IMG/VR virus record: IMGVR_UViG_3300031867_000016
Location: 27,293 to 91,292 of that record
Length of the DNA stretch: 64,000 bases
Source: a virus
Taxonomy: Duplodnaviria; Heunggongvirae; Uroviricota; Caudoviricetes
Reading direction: 5' to 3' (one strand)
A program made the translations under genes and the position numbers. Shown here in pieces: positions 30,698 through 39,360 of this stretch (position 1 is the stretch's first letter; every line of letters starts with the position of its first letter). The notes under the pieces are model-generated. The model saw nothing but the letters and a program-made list of their open reading frames with translations. It ran no database searches and was not told the DNA's origin.

Positions 30698-30865
30698 TCA
30701 TCGTAGTCGCCGAGAGCTTCAGGATGTTCATTTATATACTGTGCGATAAGGTTTTTCACGAACTGCTGTCTGCTCTTCTTGCACGGCTTGTGACAATAGG
30801 ACTGGCGGCGACACTTATTGCAGTCGCCGCCGCCCTTCCACTGTTCATTCTCTTTAATTTCCATA
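30698..30865 (-). CDS. small Cys-rich basic protein, ~55 aa (not in the ORF track)
   Basis: MEIKENEQWKGGGDCNKCRRQSYCHKPC… The stop overlaps the start of the downstream gene (ATGA). Confidence 0.35.
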
Positions 30866-30879
30866 ATGTATCACCATCA

Positions 30880-31275
30880 TTACGAGAACCTCATTTTTAT
30901 CGTGTACTTCTTGGCTTTGCCGCTGTGATCGTAACGATAATGAGATCTCCCGATATAAACTTCTACCCATGCATGGTACTGCCTGTCGGCATAACCTATG
31001 CATACGTATGATCTGATTCCAACAGCCTTCAGCATATTGTGCGCCAAGGCTGCAACATCCATACAGATCCCCATATGCTTGGACCAGCATCCATCTATAT
31101 CTGGACGCTGGCTCTTAAGCTTTGCAATATTTGCTGCTCTGACATAGTCATAGCAGACTGTACGGGAAATATAACTTGTAATGAGTCTATATTTCTCAAG
31201 CTGTGATCTTGTATCTTTACACAACTGCCTAGCAAACTTTGCTGACTCTTCATGATATGGCGTGTAAAAACTCAT
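30880..31275 (-). CDS. transglutaminase-like cysteine peptidase-fold protein
   Basis: GICMDVAALAHNMLKAVGIRSYVCIGY…YHAWVEVYI matches the transglutaminase-like core (G-x-C-x-D-F-A…GIPAR…HAWVEVY pattern). Cys, His and Asp candidates are present. Confidence 0.7.
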   Translation of the reverse strand: MSFYTPYHEESAKFARQLCKDTRSQLEKYRLITSYISRTVCYDYVRAANIAKLKSQRPDIDGCWSKHMGICMDVAALAHNMLKAVGIRSYVCIGYADRQYHAWVEVYIGRSHYRYDHSGKAKKYTIKMRFS

Positions 31276-31292
31276 ATCAATCGCCCATTTGT

Positions 31293-31529
31293 TTAACTAT
31301 TTATGTACAGTATGATCGCACCTGACACAGCAAACAGCAGTGTCGATACGATAAATAAAGGAAAGATCACAGAAAAATTCACAATGTTAAATAACGGTAT
31401 GCATACCAGTGCAACACAGGCACAGAAGTATTCTTCTATTTTCAACAGCGTATAGATCATTACTTGCTGCTGTGTCCACGTTGTCTGGTACCGCATATCG
31501 TTAAGAGTATTCATAATATGTTTCATCAT
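31293..31529 (-). CDS. small two-TM membrane protein (NfeD-like partner position downstream of the SPFH gene)
   Basis: 78 aa with two hydrophobic helices. ATGA overlap with the SPFH gene. Confidence 0.5.
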   Translation of the reverse strand: MMKHIMNTLNDMRYQTTWTQQQVMIYTLLKIEEYFCACVALVCIPLFNIVNFSVIFPLFIVSTLLFAVSGAIILYINS

Positions 31530-32467
31530 TTCAATACATCACTCAGATGAAGCTGCATGTCGCTGCTGAGAACTTCAGGAAGCTTACCATCCCATCTCTG
31601 AACCAGTTCATATTTAAGCATCGTGTCGTTAATAGTTTCTGCAAGCTTCTTCTTTGCTTCAGCCTCCGCCTCCGCTGTGATGCGGATGCGTTCGGCTTCA
31701 GCTTCTGCAGCAATCTTCATTTTGTCTGCTGCGGTCTGAGCCTTGATCTTTTCAAGTTCTGCGTCAGCTTCAGTCTGCTTGCGTTTTACTTCAATTTCAC
31801 GATCAGCTTCGATAGATGCAATCTTTCTCTCTGTCTCTGCTTTCTCAATCGCAACCTGATTGGCAATCTGTGCCTGCTGTGCCTGCTGTGATGCAATAGA
31901 CTTCGCCTGAATTGCATCATTATATGCCTGCTCAAAGTCCATCTGCTGAATGGTTACTTTCTTTACAAGCACAACGCCTTCACCGTACTTGTCGTTGAGT
32001 GCTTCGGTAAGTTTCTTTTCAAGAAGCGGTTCAATCTTTGCACGGTTTGTTACATCCTTAGGGGAGAGCTCAACGAGTGCTGCTTTTGTAGCGGAAGCAA
32101 CGACACTCTCACTGACAAGGTTCTTCGAATAGTCACTTACGTTCATGTAGATCCAGACAGACTTCTCTGGAGGAATCTGATACGTTACTGTAATACCTGA
32201 TGCATAAACTGGAGTCGCATCATTTGTTTCGCCCCAGACCTGATCGTTGACAGTAACATCCTGCTGCTTGTTATTAACAATAGCAACGTCATCAGCAAGG
32301 ATCTGATGGAAGATCAGATGACCACTTTCAACAGGTTCAGGCTTTACCTGACCATAGTGAATCATGATTCCAGTGTGTCCAGTTGGAACAATGTCAACAC
32401 AGAATATTCCAACTACAAGGATCGTGAGTACAAGTGCGCCGGCAACAATAGCTGCTATCTTTCCCAT
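31526..32467 (-). CDS. SPFH/band-7 (stomatin/prohibitin/flotillin/HflK-C) domain membrane protein
   Basis: N-terminal TM helix, then the SPFH fold (…HTGIMIHYGQVKPEPV…). A long Ala/Glu/Lys-rich coiled coil follows (QAQIANQVAIEKAETERKIASIEADREIEVKRKQTEADAELEKIKAQTAAD…). Confidence 0.8.
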   Translation of the reverse strand: MGKIAAIVAGALVLTILVVGIFCVDIVPTGHTGIMIHYGQVKPEPVESGHLIFHQILADDVAIVNNKQQDVTVNDQVWGETNDATPVYASGITVTYQIPPEKSVWIYMNVSDYSKNLVSESVVASATKAALVELSPKDVTNRAKIEPLLEKKLTEALNDKYGEGVVLVKKVTIQQMDFEQAYNDAIQAKSIASQQAQQAQIANQVAIEKAETERKIASIEADREIEVKRKQTEADAELEKIKAQTAADKMKIAAEAEAERIRITAEAEAEAKKKLAETINDTMLKYELVQRWDGKLPEVLSSDMQLHLSDVLK

Positions 32468-32473
32468 AGTTAA

Positions 32474-32824
32474 TCACCTCAAATGCCCGCAATTAATCAG
32501 GCGTATTATCTCTTTTGCCAGTTGAGCATATGTAAAACGTTCAACGGTCGTCATATCATCTGCGTAAAATTTTACACTGGCACCCTTTGCGTTATAGTCC
32601 ACAAAGCCCTGTTTGCCATCATATGTTATAGAGTGACCGCCGATGCCTTTCTCATCTCTGAGAAACTTAGCCATCTCAACTGGATCTTTGTTTTCGGCAT
32701 ATAAAGCCTCTGCTCTTTCCCTGGTTCTGCCATAAGGAAAGTCAGACTTAGCCAGCACGGTAAGAAGGTTTTCTTTTTCCAGTGCCGGCTCCAAGTCAAA
32801 CATACTTATCTGTTGTATCTGCAT
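32474..32824 (-). CDS. hypothetical protein
   Basis: 116-aa ORF. Confidence 0.5.
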   Translation of the reverse strand: MQIQQISMFDLEPALEKENLLTVLAKSDFPYGRTRERAEALYAENKDPVEMAKFLRDEKGIGGHSITYDGKQGFVDYNAKGASVKFYADDMTTVERFTYAQLAKEIIRLINCGHLR

Positions 32825-32826
32825 GC

Positions 32827-33228
32827 TTAACCCTTCTTGCAGATCTTATCAATGTTGGCGAGAAGCTCTTTGATTGAATTCATGATATCAATGTAGCTGT
32901 CAACTGGAACGAATTCACACTCGTTGTTATATTCTTCATCTGCAAATACAAAAACTGAATGCGGCTTGATTTCCCGTGGCTTTACATATAAACCTGTGTA
33001 ATCATTCACTGCATCGAGAGCATCTTCAATTGCTTCTGTGTTATCTGAATCGCAATAGATGTACTTGACATAGTCATATCTACCGAAATCGGTAACAGGC
33101 GAAAGATCCTCTGCATAGAACTTGATATTTGCATCTTTGATCTTTATTTCAGTCTCATGAGCAATTGCTTCGTCTTCGTCATCAAATGACAAACCATCGC
33201 AAGTCACATACTTAATCGTTTCTTTCAT
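32827..33228 (-). CDS. hypothetical acidic protein (paralog of 34671..35120)
   Basis: Start placed at MKETIKYVTCDGLSFDDEDEAIAHETEIKI… The ORF track extends to 33339, overlapping the upstream gene. It shares the N-terminal motif T-x-DG-x-F-x-x-EDEA-x-x-HET with 34671..35120. Confidence 0.5.
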   Translation of the reverse strand: MKETIKYVTCDGLSFDDEDEAIAHETEIKIKDANIKFYAEDLSPVTDFGRYDYVKYIYCDSDNTEAIEDALDAVNDYTGLYVKPREIKPHSVFVFADEEYNNECEFVPVDSYIDIMNSIKELLANIDKICKKG

Positions 33229-33232
33229 CGTC

Positions 33233-33556
33233 TTACTCCGTAAACATTGATTTATTTTCTGCGATAATTTGATAAAGGCTGCGTGAAAACATTTCACACA
33301 GCTCTTCTTCGCTCTTTGGTGTTCTGCAGTCATAGCCAAGGTTCTTCACATCATTCTCATACAGAATGGCATGAATCATTTCGTGCAGCAATGTTCTGCA
33401 CTGGCCTGCATGTGTCTGGTTATTTGTGTTGATTCGAATCTCCATGTCATTCTCATCAAAGATTCCATAGAGAACAGACTCTCCATCATTCAAACCAGAC
33501 ACAAGTTTGACTGCGTAGTCTACACCATTGATCTTTATGCTCTTTGGTATATTCAT
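33233..33556 (-). CDS. small HExxH metallopeptidase-like protein (ImmA/IrrE-like)
   Basis: 107 aa; contains TLLHEMIHAILYENDV. Confidence 0.5.
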   Translation of the reverse strand: MNIPKSIKINGVDYAVKLVSGLNDGESVLYGIFDENDMEIRINTNNQTHAGQCRTLLHEMIHAILYENDVKNLGYDCRTPKSEEELCEMFSRSLYQIIAENKSMFTE

Positions 33557-33564
33557 TTTTGCAC

Positions 33565-33786
33565 CTACTCAGTCAGCATATAAAATGTTGACCAGTTTCC
33601 AAAGTCAAAATGATAGTCGCCGTTATCACAAGGTCCGATAATTCTGATGATAACACGTTCACCAGGCTCGAATTCTCTATCGTTGATAATGTCAAATGCT
33701 TCATCAGTATCTCTTACATTGTCATCGATCAGTTCTTCTTCGCATACGAGATCTATAATGACGCCATGATACTTATACAGCTTCAT
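33565..33786 (-). CDS. hypothetical protein
   Basis: Start placed at the internal ATG (MKLYKYHGVIIDLV…) to avoid a long overlap with the upstream gene. Confidence 0.4.
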   Translation of the reverse strand: MKLYKYHGVIIDLVCEEELIDDNVRDTDEAFDIINDREFEPGERVIIRIIGPCDNGDYHFDFGNWSTFYMLTE

Positions 33787-34045
33787 TTCTTTTCTCCCTC
33801 GCGGACCGCAGCGCTTCGGACAGCGCTGCTTTTCGCTCGTCGCTGATCGTCTTTGGCGGTTTAATTCGAATCCATGAAACTGGAATCTGCATGTACAGAC
33901 ATCCATCATTTTCTTCAGGGAGTCTGACAATTTTTACAGAAGATGGATTCAGTTCGGCATACTTGAGAAGCTTGTTCTTCAGGCCGCGCTCATCAGTAGA
34001 CAGCCATGCTTTGTTTCGATCTGTATATTCAATAGTTGTTTCCAT
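33773..34045 (-). CDS. hypothetical protein
   Basis: 90-aa ORF. Confidence 0.45.
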   Translation of the reverse strand: METTIEYTDRNKAWLSTDERGLKNKLLKYAELNPSSVKIVRLPEENDGCLYMQIPVSWIRIKPPKTISDERKAALSEALRSAREKRNEAV

Positions 34046-34248
34046 TATCTGGTACCAACCTTATTCTTAAAGATGTTCAATGCGATGCTCAAAGCAGCGT
34101 TGCACTGCGGACAAACGATGTAATAAGTGTCTTCACCTGAATACTGCCAGTGTTCAGATATTACATCGTTTCTTTCAAAGCTGAATCTGCATCCGCACTT
34201 CTCGCATACTTTAATCGCGGTAGGTCCGCGCTCAATGATCTGTATCAT
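34045..34248 (-). CDS. small zinc-ribbon protein
   Basis: 67 aa; contains CEKCGC…CPQC. Confidence 0.5.
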   Translation of the reverse strand: MIQIIERGPTAIKVCEKCGCRFSFERNDVISEHWQYSGEDTYYIVCPQCNAALSIALNIFKNKVGTR

Positions 34249-34711
34249 TGTTTTCTCCTTGGTTTAGATATGGAGTACTGAATTTATAAAACGGCGTGAC
34301 ATCAACCATATAGCCGGTTTTGTTCTGCCATTCAGCAGTCTCCTGATGTTTCTCGAAATAAAACCTGACATTGTCGCTTGTATGAAGTACAAGCTTGTAA
34401 TTCAATAGGTTTCTGAATACTGCTGAATTGTTACACAGTCTCTTATACTGCTGCTTTATTTCGCGTCTGAAACCTTCGATTGACTTCGCCTTTTTCCAGT
34501 AATTACAGGGTGCACAGCTTGGCATATAATTCGATACGTCGTCTGGATCAACTACGCTGCCAAATCTTTTCCATCTGGCAACAGGTATGTAGTGATCAAC
34601 AACCATATCTTTCTTGTCAAGCTTGCACCCACAGTAGGCGCAGTGTCCGTCATATCTCGAATACACGACATCACGAACAGAGCTGTTGATATACTTTCTT
34701 TTGTGTCGCAT
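34232..34711 (-). CDS. HNH endonuclease
   Basis: CAYCGCKLDKKDMVVDHYIPVARW…NYMPSCAPCNYWK shows the HNH ββα-metal motif with a zinc-binding Cys quartet. Start placed at MRHKRKY…, which has a perfect aaggag RBS. Confidence 0.75.
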   Translation of the reverse strand: MRHKRKYINSSVRDVVYSRYDGHCAYCGCKLDKKDMVVDHYIPVARWKRFGSVVDPDDVSNYMPSCAPCNYWKKAKSIEGFRREIKQQYKRLCNNSAVFRNLLNYKLVLHTSDNVRFYFEKHQETAEWQNKTGYMVDVTPFYKFSTPYLNQGENNDTDH

Positions 34712-35120
34712 ATTTGCTCCTTGCTTCGAGCGTGTCGAGCAGCTTGATCTTATCCAGATACGATCCAACACGTTCTTTGTATTCGTCTTTTGTCATCCAT
34801 TCGCACATATCACCATCGTACATAATGCTTGTGTTGGCTTTGATCTTGTCATGCGAACAGCCTTCAATATTGATATTCCAATCAAACAGAGCTTCAGCAA
34901 CATCTTCAATCTGTTCTTCTGTTGCATCGCCTATTGTAATGTAGAATACATCGGCATTTTGAATGTGCGGATCATCAAAGTCGATCAGCGATCCATCGAT
35001 ATCAAAGCAGGAAGCGTGAGCTGCATCGAGCACAAGTTTTGTTTCATGATACAAGGCTTCATCTTCATACTCGAATGTATTGCCATCACTTGTCTTATAG
35101 AGAGTTACTGCTTGAATCAT
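34671..35120 (-). CDS. hypothetical acidic protein (paralog of 32827..33228)
   Basis: 149-aa ORF. It shares the N-terminal motif YKTSDGNTFEYEDEALYHETKL with 32827..33228. Confidence 0.5.
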   Translation of the reverse strand: MIQAVTLYKTSDGNTFEYEDEALYHETKLVLDAAHASCFDIDGSLIDFDDPHIQNADVFYITIGDATEEQIEDVAEALFDWNINIEGCSHDKIKANTSIMYDGDMCEWMTKDEYKERVGSYLDKIKLLDTLEARSKYATQKKVYQQLCS

Positions 35121-35290
35121 TATTTATTTCTCCATTCATTTATCCCATAATTAATCAAGTCTTCCTTTGTAGCCCATGATTCAACTCGAACCTGGAGCTC
35201 AAAGAATTCACCTTTGCTGGATTTCTTGCGTATAATAATTGACTCATCAACAGGCGGCATTATTTCTTTTACCTTTGTCCATTGTGTCAT
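35120..35290 (-). CDS. small hypothetical protein, ~56 aa (not in the ORF track)
   Basis: MTQWTKVKEIMPPVDESIIIRKK… TAATG overlap with the downstream gene. Confidence 0.3.
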   Translation of the reverse strand: MTQWTKVKEIMPPVDESIIIRKKSSKGEFFELQVRVESWATKEDLINYGINEWRNK

Positions 35291-35343
35291 TTAATAACTC
35301 CATAAAGGGCCAGCGCTTTGTTTTGCGCTGGCCCGTATTAGCT

Positions 35344-35538
35344 TCACATACCGAGACCGATTCGTTCGTTATCGAGAAGCATTGCTGGATCCACAGGTTC
35401 GCTTGATACGATCATGCCTTCCTGCGTGTACGGATCTCCCGGAATTGTCTCCGGGACTGGTTCAGTGAAAAAGTCGTTGATCGTTTCATTAGTGTTAGTC
35501 ATAGTGGTACCCCTCCAAATTTTATTTATCAACTGCAT
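35344..35538 (-). CDS. hypothetical protein
   Basis: 64-aa ORF. Confidence 0.35.
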   Translation of the reverse strand: MQLINKIWRGTTMTNTNETINDFFTEPVPETIPGDPYTQEGMIVSSEPVDPAMLLDNERIGLGM

Positions 35539-35556
35539 TTGCAGATGATATCTTTA

Positions 35557-35904
35557 TTAAGCCATCTTTTTATTAGCCATACATGCTGTATCATACGCAA
35601 ACATTGTGCGTAGAATAGCATGAGCAAGATGGTCGTCTGACTGATCTCCAGCCAGATACGCATAGAGATGCGTAATTGCGTGATTAATGTGTTCTTCAGG
35701 ACTGATCTTTGTATAATTCCTGTTGTCAAAACTTTCGCCGTACTTATCAGCACCATACTTTGCAGTCTCTGCTGCAGCAAATAAAGAACTGATAGGTAAG
35801 AGGTGGAAAGCATACGGAGAAGATGACTGCTTTCCACCAAGTTCATTCTCTTCAACAGGCTGATCAGGTGCTACACCTTTTACCAAATACAAATCTGTAC
35901 TCAT
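35557..35904 (-). CDS. hypothetical protein, possibly phage nucleotide pyrophosphohydrolase-like (KYG…DHLAHA pattern)
   Basis: 115-aa ORF. Preferred over the alternative-frame ORF 35529..35855 because its composition looks more protein-like. Confidence 0.4.
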   Translation of the reverse strand: MSTDLYLVKGVAPDQPVEENELGGKQSSSPYAFHLLPISSLFAAAETAKYGADKYGESFDNRNYTKISPEEHINHAITHLYAYLAGDQSDDHLAHAILRTMFAYDTACMANKKMA

Positions 35905-35914
35905 AATTTACCTC

Positions 35915-36607
35915 TTAGATATGACAATCAATTGAAATAATGCGGTCATACGGATCTGAATTCTTAATGATGTCATCGAACTCTTTCATCCATGTATCTG
36001 TATCTTTATCGTCGTCAGATATTCCAAACCATCCCATGGTTCCGACACTGTGCCATTCTCCGTCTGGAGTAACGACGGCATATGGAATATCTCTGGAATT
36101 GTATTCTGCAAAACGTTCTCTTGTACCGTAACGTTCTTTGAAATATTCTGGTTTGTAGATCGACTCAAAGTCAACTGCGTCTTCATTTTCCTTGAGCGGA
36201 GCGCCTTCAACAGCGATATCCCAGAACCTCAGACGCCAGTTATATTCATCCATATCTATCGTGTTCTTGAAGTCTTTGACCATGATCTCTTCTTCGTTTT
36301 CATCGATCAAGCCAAACCGACCTCCAATACAATACCAGTCCCACTTAGACTGTGGGTTGTATGTGCTGTAGATGTTTCCATCTTTATCCACACAGTCTTC
36401 AGGGTAATCTTCTGCTACCAGCTGAAAGCATGCTTCATCGTCTTTGCCTTCAGACAAATTTGGATAAGCTTTGCGAGCATATACAATTGCCTGTTCGCGG
36501 GTATATTCGAGATATGGTTCGACTTCAAGGTTTTCATCATACGGAGCAAGAAGATCTTCATAGTTCTGATCTGGCTTATGAATTACAAACACTCTGTAGT
36601 GGCTCAT
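35915..36607 (-). CDS. hypothetical protein
   Basis: 230-aa ORF, acidic, with no recognised motif. Confidence 0.5.
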   Translation of the reverse strand: MSHYRVFVIHKPDQNYEDLLAPYDENLEVEPYLEYTREQAIVYARKAYPNLSEGKDDEACFQLVAEDYPEDCVDKDGNIYSTYNPQSKWDWYCIGGRFGLIDENEEEIMVKDFKNTIDMDEYNWRLRFWDIAVEGAPLKENEDAVDFESIYKPEYFKERYGTRERFAEYNSRDIPYAVVTPDGEWHSVGTMGWFGISDDDKDTDTWMKEFDDIIKNSDPYDRIISIDCHI

Positions 36608-37100
36608 CTTTGTATTTCCTTTCGGTAAATTTGTATGTTATGTTGTTAACAAGAATGCCATCGCTTTCCTGTACACTGAACATCTGTTGATTTGTATCTG
36701 GACTGTCGAGTCCACCAAGGTCTGCTATGTATGGGCCGACCTTGAAATAGTTAAAGCTTTTTATTACATGATCAAACCAGAATTCTGACAGTTCAATGAG
36801 AGTCATGCCAGTGTACAAGGCTGTCTTCAGATGATGTGTGTCTCTGATATACCTTGCAAACTTACATGTCTCTTCCATGCTTTCACCTTCACCCATAAAG
36901 CACACGCACGAGATAGCATCCGTGTACTGCTTTACGAGATCATCAATAAAGTTTGTTGTCAGCACTTCTCCAGTTTTATCCCATAGTTCTGGTGAATGAC
37001 AGCCAGCACATTTATGTTGGCAGTCAGAAATAAGAAGTACCAGACTTACTTCATCTGGTACTTCCTGAAATGAAACTGTATAACCAGCACAATAGATCAT
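36576..37100 (-). CDS. nrdG: anaerobic ribonucleotide reductase activating protein (radical-SAM, NrdG)
   Basis: Contains CQHKCAGC (CxxxCxxC) near the N-terminus. Size of 174 aa and position downstream of nrdD are consistent. Confidence 0.8.
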   Translation of the reverse strand: MIYCAGYTVSFQEVPDEVSLVLLISDCQHKCAGCHSPELWDKTGEVLTTNFIDDLVKQYTDAISCVCFMGEGESMEETCKFARYIRDTHHLKTALYTGMTLIELSEFWFDHVIKSFNYFKVGPYIADLGGLDSPDTNQQMFSVQESDGILVNNITYKFTERKYKDEPLQSVCNS

Positions 37101-37119
37101 TTATTATAACCTTCTGTTT

Positions 37120-37770
37120 TTATTCGTAATAATAACGTTTAATTATCTTAACATTTTTAGCACAAGCATACGCAAATTCTGTTGCTTTGTAATCAATCGG
37201 ACCGCAATCTGGTTGTTCTAATATACCCCAATCTGTTATTGTAGGTTCAGGCATAGAGAGATAATATGATAAGTCATCTCCAAATATTTCGAATTTCCCG
37301 TTTTTATTTACGCCTGGAAATGCACCAAAATGATCTCCATCAATATGTTCAAAGTTAAACTCATAAATTTTGCCAAAATAACTTTCGTCAACCACCGGCA
37401 CATATGCTCTATAACTTACATCTTCAATGTACTCTGTGAGAGATTCACCGAATGGTAATTCTGTAACATATAGCGTTGGAGCAGGTGTAATACAGCTTTC
37501 ATTTGATAATCTTACAATATGTTTTACTGTTTTTTCTGTAATGACTTCGATATTCAATGTATTACCAGCACGACCAGCAACATTATTAACAACAAAAATA
37601 TAATGAAAGTCTTCTAGTCCGTCATCATTTGTATAGCATTCTCTAAATTTTGTATATTTAGCACCGCTCATTCTCAAGAATATATCCCATCTCAGTTCAA
37701 GCGGATCACAGAATAAATCATTATCACTTATCATTGTGCACATGTTGCTTGTATATCTTGTTTTGTACAT
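37120..37770 (-). CDS. hypothetical protein
   Basis: 216-aa ORF. Confidence 0.5.
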   Translation of the reverse strand: MYKTRYTSNMCTMISDNDLFCDPLELRWDIFLRMSGAKYTKFRECYTNDDGLEDFHYIFVVNNVAGRAGNTLNIEVITEKTVKHIVRLSNESCITPAPTLYVTELPFGESLTEYIEDVSYRAYVPVVDESYFGKIYEFNFEHIDGDHFGAFPGVNKNGKFEIFGDDLSYYLSMPEPTITDWGILEQPDCGPIDYKATEFAYACAKNVKIIKRYYYE

Positions 37771-37790
37771 ATTTTCTCCAGTAATTGTTG

Positions 37791-39068
37791 TTATGCAACA
37801 TTTCGCGGTGCGTAGAAGCGTCTTTTGTGTTCAGCCTGTCTGTCTTCAGACCATTTCGACACACGAGTCAGATAGCCGATAACCCTTGTTGCATAGTCCA
37901 GGTTATCAGAACCGCACTCAGGACACTCATTCAGCTTATGCTTGCTGATATGCCCACAATTGTTACAGACTGTGTTGGGAATATTGAATGTAAAGTAGTT
38001 GCAACCAGTCTTAATAGCATATTTAAGCAGTTGCTCGTACTGTGCTTTGCTTAAATGCTCTTCGAGATTGCAGTGCAGAGCAGAACCACCATCGAGATAC
38101 TGAGTAAACTCTTTGCCATGCAGCTGGAACTTATCTATCGGGTTTGTCTTTTCATCTTCTACAACATAGAAATAAGAGTTGTAGCATGGACGAGGTACAA
38201 CATAACCATCAGCTTTATCCCACTTAGCATTCTTTACGCCAAGGTTTTCTGCCGGCACAAATTCTGTATTAAACATAGCATCCTTTGTCTTGTCTGCTTT
38301 GTTTAATTCATAGATCGGCTTAAGAATAGAATTGATGTATGCTTTGTAATGATCATTATTTGAGATCTCGATGCCAAGATATTCAGCGCCTTCGACTGCA
38401 CCATTGATTCCAACAGTCAAATACTCTTTTTCAGGGCTGATAAAGCCAGCATCATAGATCGAAATCATATGTTTGCGAGTCATATCGAGAAGTATCTCAT
38501 TATATGCTGTGAGATACATATGAATAAGTTTTGTCTGTTCTGCTACAGCATATGAGATATCTTCAAGGTTCTGATCAAAATTGCTTTCGCTTCTGATTTC
38601 ACTTATGTCTTCTTCTCCATGCTGACATCCCATCAGATCACACATTCTATTCTGCACAAGACGATTTACATTTATCGTCATAACACATTTGCTGCCAGTA
38701 GCGATACCGCCAGCGCCGAGCGTATAACTGAACTGGTTCTCTGTAATGCCGTTGCGAAGTCTGCAGCATGATGCAAGACTGTCAACACTGTCACTAACGT
38801 AGGTGAAAAAACTGTGACCTTCCGCATACATTTCAGCTGCGAAGTCTGCCCATTCCTTATCGGCAAAGTCATCACCATGACTCAGCAGAGACAGAGTTTC
38901 AACAGGGAAGGTGAGAATGCACCTGAGTCTTTCGGCATTGAACCATTTCATAAACTTCTTCTGAAGCCAGCTTACAGATTCCCACTGCATGGTGGTGCCA
39001 TCTGGAAATACAAAGTCTTCGAACAGACTATTGAAATAGTACTTGTCGAAGTAGGCTACATTCCAAAA
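37791..39068 (-). CDS. nrdD: anaerobic ribonucleoside-triphosphate reductase NrdD, 3' exon (C-terminal part with Zn ribbon and glycyl-radical region)
   Basis: The C-terminus contains CNNCGH…CPECG followed by RVIGYLTRV (glycyl-radical loop). The reading frame is open upstream of the annotated ATG, up to a TAA at 39072-39074 (…KFWNVAYFDKYYFNSLFEDFVFPDGTTMQW…). The exon boundary is approximate. Confidence 0.6.
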   Translation of the reverse strand, partial: FWNVAYFDKYYFNSLFEDFVFPDGTTMQWESVSWLQKKFMKWFNAERLRCILTFPVETLSLLSHGDDFADKEWADFAAEMYAEGHSFFTYVSDSVDSLASCCRLRNGITENQFSYTLGAGGIATGSKCVMTINVNRLVQNRMCDLMGCQHGEEDISEIRSESNFDQNLEDISYAVAEQTKLIHMYLTAYNEILLDMTRKHMISIYDAGFISPEKEYLTVGINGAVEGAEYLGIEISNNDHYKAYINSILKPIYELNKADKTKDAMFNTEFVPAENLGVKNAKWDKADGYVVPRPCYNSYFYVVEDEKTNPIDKFQLHGKEFTQYLDGGSALHCNLEEHLSKAQYEQLLKYAIKTGCNYFTFNIPNTVCNNCGHISKHKLNECPECGSDNLDYATRVIGYLTRVSKWSEDRQAEHKRRFYAPRNVA

Positions 39069-39360
39069 CTTTTAATGTTCAGTACAGCTCGCTACACTGT
39101 ACCCGTTTATATAAAAACAGCCATACATTTCTGTATGGAACAGACTATATCACAACCTTAAATAAGGTTCTCCCCATTTCCATCGCCAATCGCTTGCGAT
39201 GTACTCCCTTTCGGGATAGTCGTTGAGCCTTCATCTTTTCTTAGATGCTTGGCTGCTAGTTGTCTTTTTATATCCATTATTTAATGGATATAACGAAGAG
39301 TTTCCAGCAATTAAAGGAGTTTGCTTCAATCATCACTGATTAAAGGCGCGTTTTGTTCAC
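39069..39360 (-). ncRNA. ~290-nt structured insert interrupting nrdD; putative self-splicing group I intron
   Basis: No long ORF on either strand. Two GAAA (GNRA) tetraloop hairpins (ccataca-gaaa-tgtatgg; tccc-gaaa-ggga) and a perfect 8-bp hairpin (tatccatt-aaat-aatggata) are present. The NrdD reading frame resumes on the far side. Confidence 0.4.

Noticed and set aside
35529-35855. Alternative-frame 108-aa ORF overlapping 35557..35904
   Set aside because: The overlapping frame (35557..35904) has more protein-like composition and a plausible KYG/DHLAHA motif. The two cannot both be real.
39340-39360. Interpreting the nrdD interruption as a frameshift or nonsense pseudogene
   Set aside because: Both halves retain long open frames with conserved C-terminal Zn-ribbon and glycyl-radical features, and the insert has intron-like GNRA hairpins. 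An intron is the more parsimonious reading, but it needs RT-PCR.
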